Shown here piece by piece: positions 19,353 to 27,598 of a stretch of DNA of 64,000 nt (its first letter is position 1; each line of letters starts with the position of its first letter). The stretch covers positions 13,418 to 77,417 of the forward strand of contig JAZNXT010000015.1 of the NCBI GenBank assembly GCA_045594005.1, in the 5' to 3' direction. The position numbers and the translations under genes were made by a program. This DNA comes from Victivallales bacterium. Lineage in GTDB: Bacteria > Verrucomicrobiota > Lentisphaeria > Victivallales > UBA1829. The notes beneath the pieces were generated by a model. That model did no database searches. It saw only the letters and a list, made by a program, of their open reading frames with translations, and had not been told where the DNA came from.

Positions 19353-20669
19353 ATGTTCAAAATCCGTTTCATACGGTCTGTGGTTTTTTCCGCCGCATGG
19401 CTCCTGATGCTTTGCGGCGCGTCCGTTGTGTCCGCACAGGATGATGACGGCAATCTGCAGGTATTGATGCTGGATTTTGAAGATGCCGCCACTTCCGATC
19501 ATTACCGCTCCATGCATCTGGCGGAACGGTTCCGCACCATTGCCGCCAATGCCGTGCCGTCCTCCAAAAATTCATGGAAAGTCCAGATCGAATTGGCTGA
19601 TGCCGATGCGGTACAGAAATTCGCGGCACGGGTCAGCACCCGGCAGAAGGAATTGAAAGTCACGATCCCCCTGAAATACGATTTGTGGAAAAACGATACC
19701 CATTCCCACGAATGGCTCATGTCGCTGCTGATCCTGGCTCAACTGGGGGATCCGCTGCGTGGACTGGATCCGGGCTTTGAAAACAGTCTGCGTTCCCATT
19801 GGATCGTCCGCGGGCTGGCACGGAAAGCGGGGACCGATCTGCGGTTTGTGAACCGTCCCTTTGCCCGGACTTTCCCTATGGCATACGCGCTTTGTTCCAA
19901 CGGTATCACGCCCACGGTGAAACAGACTCTTTCCACAACGGCGTTTTTCCGGAAATCCGCTCTGTCCATGCTGGAAGCGGAATACGCGGAACTTTTTCTT
20001 GATCTGTGCAAAACAAAAAAATTCTATCGTTCCCGTACTGCCGAAACGATCCTCCGCGCGGCACTGGTCGCACCCGATGCAGATCCCTATACGGCTTTTC
20101 TCAATGCGTCTGCCGATCTGAATATCCCCCGGGATGTGGATACCTGGTTCCGGGAATATCTGGAAAAGACGCTCATTTCCTATTTTTCGCCGTACAGTCC
20201 GGAATATTTTGAAACGAAATACCGGGATGTCACCACTGTGAAATTCATGGATAAAGACGGATTCCCCCAGCAGTATTCATTGAGCGATCTGCCCGCACAC
20301 CGGAAATCTTTTGAAGACTGGAATCAACTGCTGGACAGATTGCTTTCCGAATTGAACATCCTCGCATTCCGCGCACCCTCCGGTTTTCAGGTGGATCTTT
20401 CCCGGATCCGGATCGCGCTTTCCGGATGCCGTATCGATCAGACCGGAAAAGCGGCGCAGGCGTTGAAAAATGCGGAACGCGATCTGTATAAAAATCTGGC
20501 AAAGACCATCGAACGGGAACAGATCCTGCGTCAGGCGGAACAGAAATTCATGCCTCATGCTCTGCGGATGAAAGCGACTTTCGGTACGGCATCGACCTAT
20601 CATGAAGAATCATTGGAAATCACTCCGGCGATCCAGGAAAAACTGAATCGCTGGGATGACTACAAATAA
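19353..20669 (+). CDS. Hypothetical secreted protein directly upstream of mreC
   Basis: 438 aa with N-terminal signal-like MFKIRFIRSVVFSAAWLLMLCGASVVSAQ. No family recognised. Stop lies 14 nt before the mreC ATG. Confidence 0.55.
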   Translation: MFKIRFIRSVVFSAAWLLMLCGASVVSAQDDDGNLQVLMLDFEDAATSDHYRSMHLAERFRTIAANAVPSSKNSWKVQIELADADAVQKFAARVSTRQKELKVTIPLKYDLWKNDTHSHEWLMSLLILAQLGDPLRGLDPGFENSLRSHWIVRGLARKAGTDLRFVNRPFARTFPMAYALCSNGITPTVKQTLSTTAFFRKSALSMLEAEYAELFLDLCKTKKFYRSRTAETILRAALVAPDADPYTAFLNASADLNIPRDVDTWFREYLEKTLISYFSPYSPEYFETKYRDVTTVKFMDKDGFPQQYSLSDLPAHRKSFEDWNQLLDRLLSELNILAFRAPSGFQVDLSRIRIALSGCRIDQTGKAAQALKNAERDLYKNLAKTIEREQILRQAEQKFMPHALRMKATFGTASTYHEESLEITPAIQEKLNRWDDYK

Positions 20670-20683
20670 AAAAGGAGACTCGG

Positions 20684-21574
20684 ATGAAACGGGATATCAC
20701 ATCAAAAGCCTGGTTATTGATCTCCATGCTTTTCTTTCTGCTGCTGATCGTGCTGGCGATCTCATTTTTTGTGCTTCAGCCCACATTGAACCGTTTTTCC
20801 ATGGATTTTTATTATCCCGTATTCAAATTGACCGATCAGACTGCAAAAGTTGCCATCGATCAAACACTGCTGCTGGAAGATAAAAACACCCTCGCTGCTG
20901 CCATCAGACTGCTTCAGCAGCAGAACGATCAGCTCTCTGCTGAAAATGCGGCTCTCGCAGAATTGAAAGCGGAAAATGATGCCATGCGCAATCAGCTCCG
21001 GCTGGCAAAACGCAACGGATTCAAACCGGTTCCGGCACAGATCCTGCTGCGGGAGCCGGCAAAATGGCAGACGGAATTCACCATTGACAAAGGGGAAAAT
21101 TCCGGTGTCAATGTGGGGGATCTTGTGGTGACCAATGTGTTGAACGAAAAAAATCAGCTTGTTTCCGTGGCTGTCGGCAGGATCCGGGCTGTGACGAAGC
21201 ACTCTGCCGTGGTGATCACGCTGGCGAATCCGGATTGTCAGTTGAGTGCCTATCTGCCGGACAGCGGTCCCTACGGGATCCACGGAGTCACCGCAGGCAC
21301 ACAGAAAAGCGCGGATCACGAATTCATCCTGCTGCGGAATCTGCCGCGGGATGGAAAATATACGGTGGGAAAAGGAGTCACCACCAGTAAAATGTCCCTC
21401 CTGCTTCCCGCAGATATTCTGTTGGGGACTCTGGCGGCAACGCCCGAAGGCAATGCCGCGATCATTTTCGATGAAAAAGGCTTGAGTGTGTCCGCCCTTG
21501 TGAAACCTGCCGCCGATTATTCCCGGCTGCGGATGGTGACGGTGATGACGGCGGCGGCAGGAGAGGTAAAATGA
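20684..21574 (+). CDS. mreC: Rod shape-determining protein MreC
   Basis: N-terminal TM helix, coiled coil LQQQNDQLSAENAALAELKAENDAMRNQL, then beta-rich domain; followed by mreD and PBP2; SD AAGGAGA. Confidence 0.8.
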   Translation: MKRDITSKAWLLISMLFFLLLIVLAISFFVLQPTLNRFSMDFYYPVFKLTDQTAKVAIDQTLLLEDKNTLAAAIRLLQQQNDQLSAENAALAELKAENDAMRNQLRLAKRNGFKPVPAQILLREPAKWQTEFTIDKGENSGVNVGDLVVTNVLNEKNQLVSVAVGRIRAVTKHSAVVITLANPDCQLSAYLPDSGPYGIHGVTAGTQKSADHEFILLRNLPRDGKYTVGKGVTTSKMSLLLPADILLGTLAATPEGNAAIIFDEKGLSVSALVKPAADYSRLRMVTVMTAAAGEVK

Positions 21575-22083
21575 TCCGTTTTCTCTTTGCCGCGATCTGG
21601 GGTTCGCTTTGGATGATACTGGAAGCTCTTTTCCGGTCAGCCGGATTGTTTCTGCCGCTGACGGCATTTGCGGTATTTTATTTTTCCTGCACATACGGGC
21701 TGAAAAACGGATTGATCGCAGCGGCGGTGTTCGGAATTTTACTGGACGGGATCTACGGGCAGATCTCTCTGCTTTCGCCCGTTCTGCTGATGACGGCTGT
21801 TCCGTTTGCATTGCTGTTCCGTAAAAATATCACCAATTATTCCGCGCTGCTGCTGCCTGCGGTGGGCGGACTTCTGGCGATATTCATTGCGCCGCTGCAT
21901 ATTCTGAATCACAGTTCGATCCCGGCTCTGGTGGCACTGGCTCCCCATTTGTTTATCAGCGTGCTTTTTTCCGTTCTGCTGCTGCCTGCTGTAACAACAC
22001 TTTCCGATCAGGTTTGTGCGCCGCTGGCATTGACGCGTTTTGCAGAGATCCTTCACCGTGGAACCGATGTTGAAATGGAATAA
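21571..22083 (+). CDS. mreD: Rod shape-determining protein MreD (polytopic membrane protein)
   Basis: 170-aa hydrophobic ORF whose ATG overlaps the mreC stop (ATGA); position between mreC and mrdA. Confidence 0.6.
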   Translation: MIRFLFAAIWGSLWMILEALFRSAGLFLPLTAFAVFYFSCTYGLKNGLIAAAVFGILLDGIYGQISLLSPVLLMTAVPFALLFRKNITNYSALLLPAVGGLLAIFIAPLHILNHSSIPALVALAPHLFISVLFSVLLLPAVTTLSDQVCAPLALTRFAEILHRGTDVEME

Positions 22084-22090
22084 AGATATC

Positions 22091-24019
22091 ATGTCAGATC
22101 AGGAAGAGATCAAAAATTTTCAGAAAGAACAGAATGTGCGGCTGCGCATTTCCCTGCTGCTGTTTTTTATCTTTCTGCTTTTTACGATCCTGGCTGTCAA
22201 ACTCTGGGATATTCAGGTGATCCGCACCGATGAATATAAAAACAGAGCGCAGCAGCAGACCATCCGGAAGATCCGGATCCCGCCTGTCCGCGGCTGTATC
22301 CGTGCTTCCGGCGGCGAAGCCCTCGCTTTGAACCGGACTTCGTGGAACGTGTTTCTTTATCCTGCGGAAATGGGACGCTCCGGATTCCGGAAAAAAGTGC
22401 AAATGGTGATCGCGGCGGCAGATTCCGTGGCTGCCTGTATCGGACGGGAAAACACGCTTGACCGGGAAAAGATCGAAAGGCATCTGCACCAGACGCCGGG
22501 ATTGCCCATTGAATTGTTCCGTGACCTGAACGAACGGGAACTGACGCTGTTGTGGGAGATGATGCCTCACATTCAGGGATTGGAGATCAGCGAGATGCCT
22601 GTCCGGATGTATCCCTTTGATACATTGGCGGTACATATTTTGGGGCATACCCGCAAATCCGATCCGTCGGCGGCAGATGACCGGAGAGAGTTCAATTATT
22701 ATGTTCCGGACATTATCGGCGTGGAGGGGATCGAAGCGTTGCAGGATGAAGACCTCGGCGGCGATGCGGGAAGTGAAATCGTGATCGTGAACAGTGCCGG
22801 TTATGTAACAAGCCGCGTGGAGGGCGAAGGTTCATTTCCCGCCCTCAACGGCAATGATGTGTGGTTGACTCTGGATCTCTCCGCACAACAGATCGTGGAG
22901 GATCTGCTGCGCAGGGAACTGGTCAGGGGGCGTCCCGGTGCAATGGTGGTGCTGGATGCACAGACCGGTGCGGTCGTTGCCATGGCATCTTCGCCGTCCT
23001 TCTCCTACGGGGATTTCAAGTCCAGAGACAAATACAATGCCCTGAACGAAAATCCCGATAAACCGTTTCTGAACCGTTGTACCCGGGGGATCTATCTGCC
23101 CGGATCTGTGATCAAACCGCTGTGTGCGATCGCAACACTGGAAAACGGGATCAGCCCGGAAGACACGGTCTATTGTGCGAAAAAAGCCTCCGTGGGATAC
23201 GGAAGCGGGATCAAATGTACCGGCTATCACCATGACATGGATGCGGCAAATGCACTGAAACATTCCTGCAATGTTTATTTCGTGGAAAATGCCGCACGGA
23301 TCGGGATCGATGCCCTTTCCGAAGTTTATGCCACCGCCGGGATCGGCAGAAAAACCGGGATCGATATCCCGGAAAATGCCGGATTCCTGCCAAAACGCAA
23401 TGTGTCTTCCATGCTTCTGCCGATCCTGCCCGCCTGCGCGGAATTGATGGCTCATCCCAATGAATTCGGCTGGAATAAAAATGAAACGGCGTATGTGGGA
23501 TTCGGTCAGGGAAAAGTGGGGGTGACACCTTTGCAGGTGGCGGTGTATTATGCGGCTCTTGCCAATGGCGGTTATATGCTGAAACCTTTTCTGGTCGATT
23601 GTATCACGCCGCCGGGTGAATCCCGGGAAAAAGCATTCAAACATACCGATACACAGGTGGTGGGCAGACTCGCCGCTTCTCCGGAAACACTGGAGATCGT
23701 CCGTTCCGGACTTTTCAAGGTCGTGAATGAGGATGGCGGCAGCGGTCAGCGCGCCCGTCTGAAAAAAACGGTCATCTACGGAAAAACGGGGACTGCTGAT
23801 GTGGAAACAGAAGATGCTCCCACAAAAAATGTGTGGTTCGCCGGGTTTGCCAGCCATCCGGTCACGGGAAAAACATACAGCATTGCCGTTATGATCGAAC
23901 GGGGAGATTTCGGCGGAACGACCTGCGCGCCGCTGGTACGGGAATTCTTTGACCGGTTCTTTCCCGATATGGGACCGGAAGATGAGGAAGTCAGCGAAGA
24001 AGACGGTGTGGAAAACTGA
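22091..24019 (+). CDS. mrdA: Penicillin-binding protein 2 (elongasome transpeptidase)
   Basis: Active-site motifs GSVIKP (SxxK), HSCN (SxN) and KTGTA (KTG); N-terminal TM anchor. Start set at ATG 22091 (MSDQEEIK), just after the mreD stop. Confidence 0.85.
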   Translation: MSDQEEIKNFQKEQNVRLRISLLLFFIFLLFTILAVKLWDIQVIRTDEYKNRAQQQTIRKIRIPPVRGCIRASGGEALALNRTSWNVFLYPAEMGRSGFRKKVQMVIAAADSVAACIGRENTLDREKIERHLHQTPGLPIELFRDLNERELTLLWEMMPHIQGLEISEMPVRMYPFDTLAVHILGHTRKSDPSAADDRREFNYYVPDIIGVEGIEALQDEDLGGDAGSEIVIVNSAGYVTSRVEGEGSFPALNGNDVWLTLDLSAQQIVEDLLRRELVRGRPGAMVVLDAQTGAVVAMASSPSFSYGDFKSRDKYNALNENPDKPFLNRCTRGIYLPGSVIKPLCAIATLENGISPEDTVYCAKKASVGYGSGIKCTGYHHDMDAANALKHSCNVYFVENAARIGIDALSEVYATAGIGRKTGIDIPENAGFLPKRNVSSMLLPILPACAELMAHPNEFGWNKNETAYVGFGQGKVGVTPLQVAVYYAALANGGYMLKPFLVDCITPPGESREKAFKHTDTQVVGRLAASPETLEIVRSGLFKVVNEDGGSGQRARLKKTVIYGKTGTADVETEDAPTKNVWFAGFASHPVTGKTYSIAVMIERGDFGGTTCAPLVREFFDRFFPDMGPEDEEVSEEDGVEN

Positions 24020-24045
24020 CCGTATCCACACCGTTGTTTCTGTTC
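24005..24045 (+). terminator. Possible terminator hairpin between convergent mrdA and apbE
   Basis: GGTGTGGA (24005-24012) pairs with TCCACACC (24025-24032), followed by a T-rich stretch; overlaps the mrdA stop. Confidence 0.35.
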
Positions 24046-24049
24046 ATTT

Positions 24050-25207
24050 TTATTTCGATTTCAGGATCGGCGGCACAATGTCCCGCCAATCCCCGATGGT
24101 GTGATATCTGACTTTTTCCGGCTCATTTTTATCCGTATAAAAGATCAGCACCCGCAAGCCGGGATACTGCGATTTCATTTTTTCAGCAAAGTCGATCCCG
24201 CGCACATAAATGGCAGTGGAAAGGGCATCGGCATCAATACCGTTTTCCGCCACAACGGATACCGAGATCATATTTTCCACCGGCATCCCGGTTCGCGGAT
24301 CCAGAATATGCCCGTACCGTTTGCCGTCAAATTCCACAAACCGTTCATAATTTCCGCTGGTGGAAACACACGCATCCAGAATATCCACATAAGCACAGGG
24401 CGGACCTCCGGCAGGATTCCGGACGCCGATACTGTAAAATTCTTTTTCCGGCGGCGGTTCGGAAAGAACAATCACATTGCCGCCCGCATTGATATAACCG
24501 CGGTTCAGTGTTACCAGTTTTTTCAGATACCAGGCTTCCGCAACTTTCATAAACGGTACATCTTTTGCATTTTCCGTACCGACCAGACGGGTCTTTTCTG
24601 CCCGTTCCGCGCACAGATCCAATGCCGCACCTTTGGCGATCCCTCCGAGGTCGACAGACATTCCCTCCACGGTGAAACGGACTGTTTTTGCTTTTTCGTC
24701 GAACAGGATCTTATCCAGACCGACGCGTTTTTTTGCCGCCGCAAGTTCCTCTGGTGCCGGTACAGATTTGCGTCCTTTGGCACGCCATAATTCAATGAAG
24801 GGTGTCACGGTCACATCAAAGCCGCCATCGGAAAGTTCATACATCTTTTTCGCTTTCATCAGGATCGCCCACAGTTCCGCAGAACAGACAAACGGTTCCC
24901 GGTATGCCGTCGCATTCAGACGGGAAAGTTCACTTTCCGGATCAAAACGGTTGCACATTTTATTGATGTCGCGGAACGATTGCTGTACCAGATGTGCCGC
25001 CGGAGCCACAGATTTTTTGTCCGGCGTGTAAAAGCGGAATTCCACCCGGGTGGACATGGAATAAAATCCCACATCCGGCTCCTGCCAGTAAATATTTTTT
25101 TCAGCAAAGATCAAATGAAAAACCAGCGCAAGGATCGCCGCAAGAGCCAGAGTCCGCAGCACGCGCCGGAGGATCAGTTTCGGTAAAGATTTCTGTTGTT
25201 CGTCCAT
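24050..25207 (-). CDS. apbE: FAD:protein FMN transferase (ApbE family)
   Basis: 385 aa with N-terminal TM/signal anchor and ApbE-like segments FDVTVTPFIELW, DLGGIAKGAALD, SGNYERF and HILDPRTG. Confidence 0.8.
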   Translation of the reverse strand: MDEQQKSLPKLILRRVLRTLALAAILALVFHLIFAEKNIYWQEPDVGFYSMSTRVEFRFYTPDKKSVAPAAHLVQQSFRDINKMCNRFDPESELSRLNATAYREPFVCSAELWAILMKAKKMYELSDGGFDVTVTPFIELWRAKGRKSVPAPEELAAAKKRVGLDKILFDEKAKTVRFTVEGMSVDLGGIAKGAALDLCAERAEKTRLVGTENAKDVPFMKVAEAWYLKKLVTLNRGYINAGGNVIVLSEPPPEKEFYSIGVRNPAGGPPCAYVDILDACVSTSGNYERFVEFDGKRYGHILDPRTGMPVENMISVSVVAENGIDADALSTAIYVRGIDFAEKMKSQYPGLRVLIFYTDKNEPEKVRYHTIGDWRDIVPPILKSK

Positions 25208-25231
25208 AAAAATATCTTCCTGTCTGTCAGC

Positions 25232-26125
25232 TCACGCACGGGGATGAAACCGGCGGTGGATGGATAAAAGTTGTTTCTGATTCACATGGGTATAAATTTG
25301 TGTGGTGCTGATATCTGCATGACCCAGCATTTCCTGAATAACACGGAGATCCGCGCCGTTTTCCAGCAGATGGCTGGCAAAGGAATGGCGCAGCGTATGC
25401 GGATGGATATTTTTCCGGATCCCCGCCTGAAGTGCTGCTTCTTTCACCACTTGCCAGACGCGCTCGCGGTCAAGTCCTCTGCCGCGGACCGAAAGGAACA
25501 TAAAGCCCGGATCGCAATCTTTCACCAGTTGAGGCCGTCCTTTTTCCAGATAGATCCGCAGCGAATTCAAAGCCAGATTCCCCACGGGGACCAACCGTTC
25601 CTTGGAACCTTTTCCGAATACACGGATCAAGCCTTCTTCAAAATTCACGGTGCCGCATTTCATGGTGGCACATTCCGAAACACGCAGTCCGCTGGAATAA
25701 AGCAGTTCCAGGATCGCACGGTTCCGCAGATTCAACGGATCGTGTCCGCGGTTGGAAAAAACATGCAGCAGCGATTCCACTTCCTGCGGAGTCAGAAAAT
25801 CCGGCAGGATCCGCCAGAGTTTTGGAGATGTCATCACATCGGTGATGTCGGAAGGAACAAGCCGTTCCTGATAAAGATAGCGGAAAAATGCCTTGATCGC
25901 GACCAATCTGCGTGCCACACTGGTTGTTTCCATATCCCGGTCTTTACAATCACCGAGATAATCCACGATATCATCCCGGGTGATATCCGGAAAAGAAAGG
26001 ATCGCATGTGTTTTCAGATAAGAAATAAAATCGGTAAGATCGGAACGGTAGGAATCGACGGTATTTTTGCTGCAGCCGCGTTCAATGGAAAGGAAACCGG
26101 TAAACTGGGTAAGGATGCGTTCCAT
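25232..26125 (-). CDS. xerD: Tyrosine recombinase XerD/XerC type
   Basis: 297 aa with N-terminal SAM-like core-binding domain (FLSIERGCSKNTVDSYRSDL) and catalytic HPHTLRHSFASHLLENGADLRVIQEMLGHADISTTQIYTHV. Confidence 0.8.
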   Translation of the reverse strand: MERILTQFTGFLSIERGCSKNTVDSYRSDLTDFISYLKTHAILSFPDITRDDIVDYLGDCKDRDMETTSVARRLVAIKAFFRYLYQERLVPSDITDVMTSPKLWRILPDFLTPQEVESLLHVFSNRGHDPLNLRNRAILELLYSSGLRVSECATMKCGTVNFEEGLIRVFGKGSKERLVPVGNLALNSLRIYLEKGRPQLVKDCDPGFMFLSVRGRGLDRERVWQVVKEAALQAGIRKNIHPHTLRHSFASHLLENGADLRVIQEMLGHADISTTQIYTHVNQKQLLSIHRRFHPRA

Positions 26126-26183
26126 ATTGATTGATCCTCCCGCGTTGAATATTCACGGATGCGGTGCCATTTCTGAAAGAAAA

Positions 26184-26260
26184 TGGCGGGAGCGACGGGA
26201 CTCGAACCCGCAACATCCACCGTGACAGGGTGGCACTCTAACCAATTGAGCTACGCCCCC
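26184..26260 (-). tRNA. tRNA-Asp (anticodon GTC)
   Basis: Minus-strand read GGGGGCGTAGCTCAATTGGTTAGAGTGCCACCCTGTCACGGTGGATGTTGCGGGTTCGAGTCCCGTCGCTCCCGCCA. Anticodon loop is CTGTCAC; acceptor is GGGGGCG/CGCTCCC with one G-U; discriminator G and CCA. Confidence 0.9.
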
Positions 26261-26278
26261 GCATCTCGTTATGCCATT

Positions 26279-26306
26279 ACTATACACCACCGGAAAGAAA
26301 ATGCAA
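26279..26306 (-). promoter_or_regulatory. sigma70-type promoter for tRNA-Asp
   Basis: On the minus strand: TTGCAT (26306-26301), 16-nt spacer, TATAGT (26284-26279). Same GGTGTATAGTAATG context as rRNA P1, with an A/T-rich upstream region. Confidence 0.5.
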
Positions 26307-26440
26307 GTGCAAAAACGAAAAAAAACGCAATTTTTTCCGTTTTTTCCGTTTTTTGCGTTGCAGAATCCCGTTTTTGTGGTATTTTCCCGGAAGACAAGCC
26401 ACATCAAACATGGATAAATGAACATCGTTGAGGAATCAAT

Positions 26441-27205
26441 ATGAAAGAGATCGATCAACTGGAACAAGTCATGAAACGCCTCCGCGCGCCGGACGGCTGT
26501 CCCTGGGACCGGGAACAGACTCATTTGACGCTGCTGGATAACCTGCTGGGGGAGGCAGCCGAATTCATGGATGCTGTCACCGCAGAAGATGATGCGGAAA
26601 TGCGGGAGGAATTGGGGGATCTTCTGATGCAGATCGTACTGCACGCATGTATCGCCGAAGAACGGAACGCATTTACACTGGAAGATGTCACAAGAGATAT
26701 CAAGGAAAAAATGATCCGCCGTCATCCCCATGTTTTCGGCACGGAAAGCGTCAAAGATTCTTCCGAAGTTCTCAAACTCTGGGAAACGATCAAAAAAGAG
26801 GAAAAAGGCGGTAAACGCAAATCACTGCTGGACGGGATACCCAATCATGTGGCACTCCTTCAGGCGGAAAAAATGCAGAAGAAAGCCGCAAAAGCCGGAT
26901 TCGACTGGAAAGATCAGAAAGATATTCTCCAAAAGATCCGGGAGGAGATCGATGAATTGGAGGACGCCCTCCGGATCGGTGATGAAAGTCATATTGATGA
27001 AGAAGCCGGAGACCTGCTTTTTTCCGTGATCAATTTTATCCGGTTCCGGAAAAAACATCCCGAGGATATCCTGGCTGCCGCAAACGCAAAATTTGCACGC
27101 CGCTTCCGCTGCGTGGAACAGAAACTGGCAGCGCAGGGCAGAGAATGGTCCGAAACCGGTCCGGATGAATTGGATGCCCTCTGGAACGAAGCGAAAAAAT
27201 CGTAA
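26441..27205 (+). CDS. mazG: Nucleoside triphosphate pyrophosphohydrolase MazG
   Basis: 254 aa with RLRAPDGCPWDREQTHLTLLDNLLGEAAEFMDAV plus a second MazG repeat (EEAGDLLFSVINFIRF). Confidence 0.85.
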   Translation: MKEIDQLEQVMKRLRAPDGCPWDREQTHLTLLDNLLGEAAEFMDAVTAEDDAEMREELGDLLMQIVLHACIAEERNAFTLEDVTRDIKEKMIRRHPHVFGTESVKDSSEVLKLWETIKKEEKGGKRKSLLDGIPNHVALLQAEKMQKKAAKAGFDWKDQKDILQKIREEIDELEDALRIGDESHIDEEAGDLLFSVINFIRFRKKHPEDILAAANAKFARRFRCVEQKLAAQGREWSETGPDELDALWNEAKKS

Positions 27206-27230
27206 AGGAAGGCGGTCAATGCACACTGCG

Positions 27231-27364
27231 GCGGGCGCGGCGGCGCCGGAAAATGCGGAAAAATTTTCCGCATTTTCCGGCTGATGTCCCGGCAGGAAAG
27301 GCTGGAAAGCCTGTTCCGCCGGGACATGGGTCCGGCTTGCTGCCGGACCTGCCGCCGCGCCCGC
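27231..27364. other. GC-rich structured element: 14-bp closing stem enclosing three hairpins (four-way junction on paper)
   Basis: GCGGGCGCGGCGGC (27231-27244) is perfectly complementary to GCCGCCGCGCCCGC (27351-27364). Inside: a 35-nt perfect palindrome (27246-27280), an imperfect ~20-bp hairpin (27284-27327), and GGTCCGGC/GCCGGACC (27329-27349). Linkers are 1-3 nt. Confidence 0.6.
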
Positions 27365-27400
27365 GAATGCCCGTATGGAGAAAAAAATCTGCAAAAAAAT

Positions 27401-27428
27401 TTGCATTATCCGGAAAGAGTTGTATATT
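27401..27428 (+). promoter_or_regulatory. Candidate sigma70 promoter for the CNNM/CorC transporter gene
   Basis: TTGCAT (27401-27406), 16-nt spacer, TATATT (27423-27428); implies a ~165-nt leader. Motif match only. Confidence 0.4.
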
Positions 27429-27598
27429 AATATACTATCGCCCTGAAACAGGAAACAACAAAAGGAACAATTTGTGAGAACTGAATCTGCCGTTGCCGGT
27501 CCTGCAAACATGCAGGAAAGTCAGTCGGAATCTGCCGACCCGTTGTCGTGCATCTGCGCACGGCGTTGCACCCTGTCTGAAACAGCCGGAGGTGCAAA

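Noticed and set aside
25232-26260. Tyrosine recombinase next to tRNA-Asp as a sign of an integrated genomic island
   Set aside because: The recombinase has XerC/XerD length and motifs. The flanking genes (apbE, mazG) are housekeeping. I found no direct repeat of the tRNA 3' end and no phage or transfer genes nearby.
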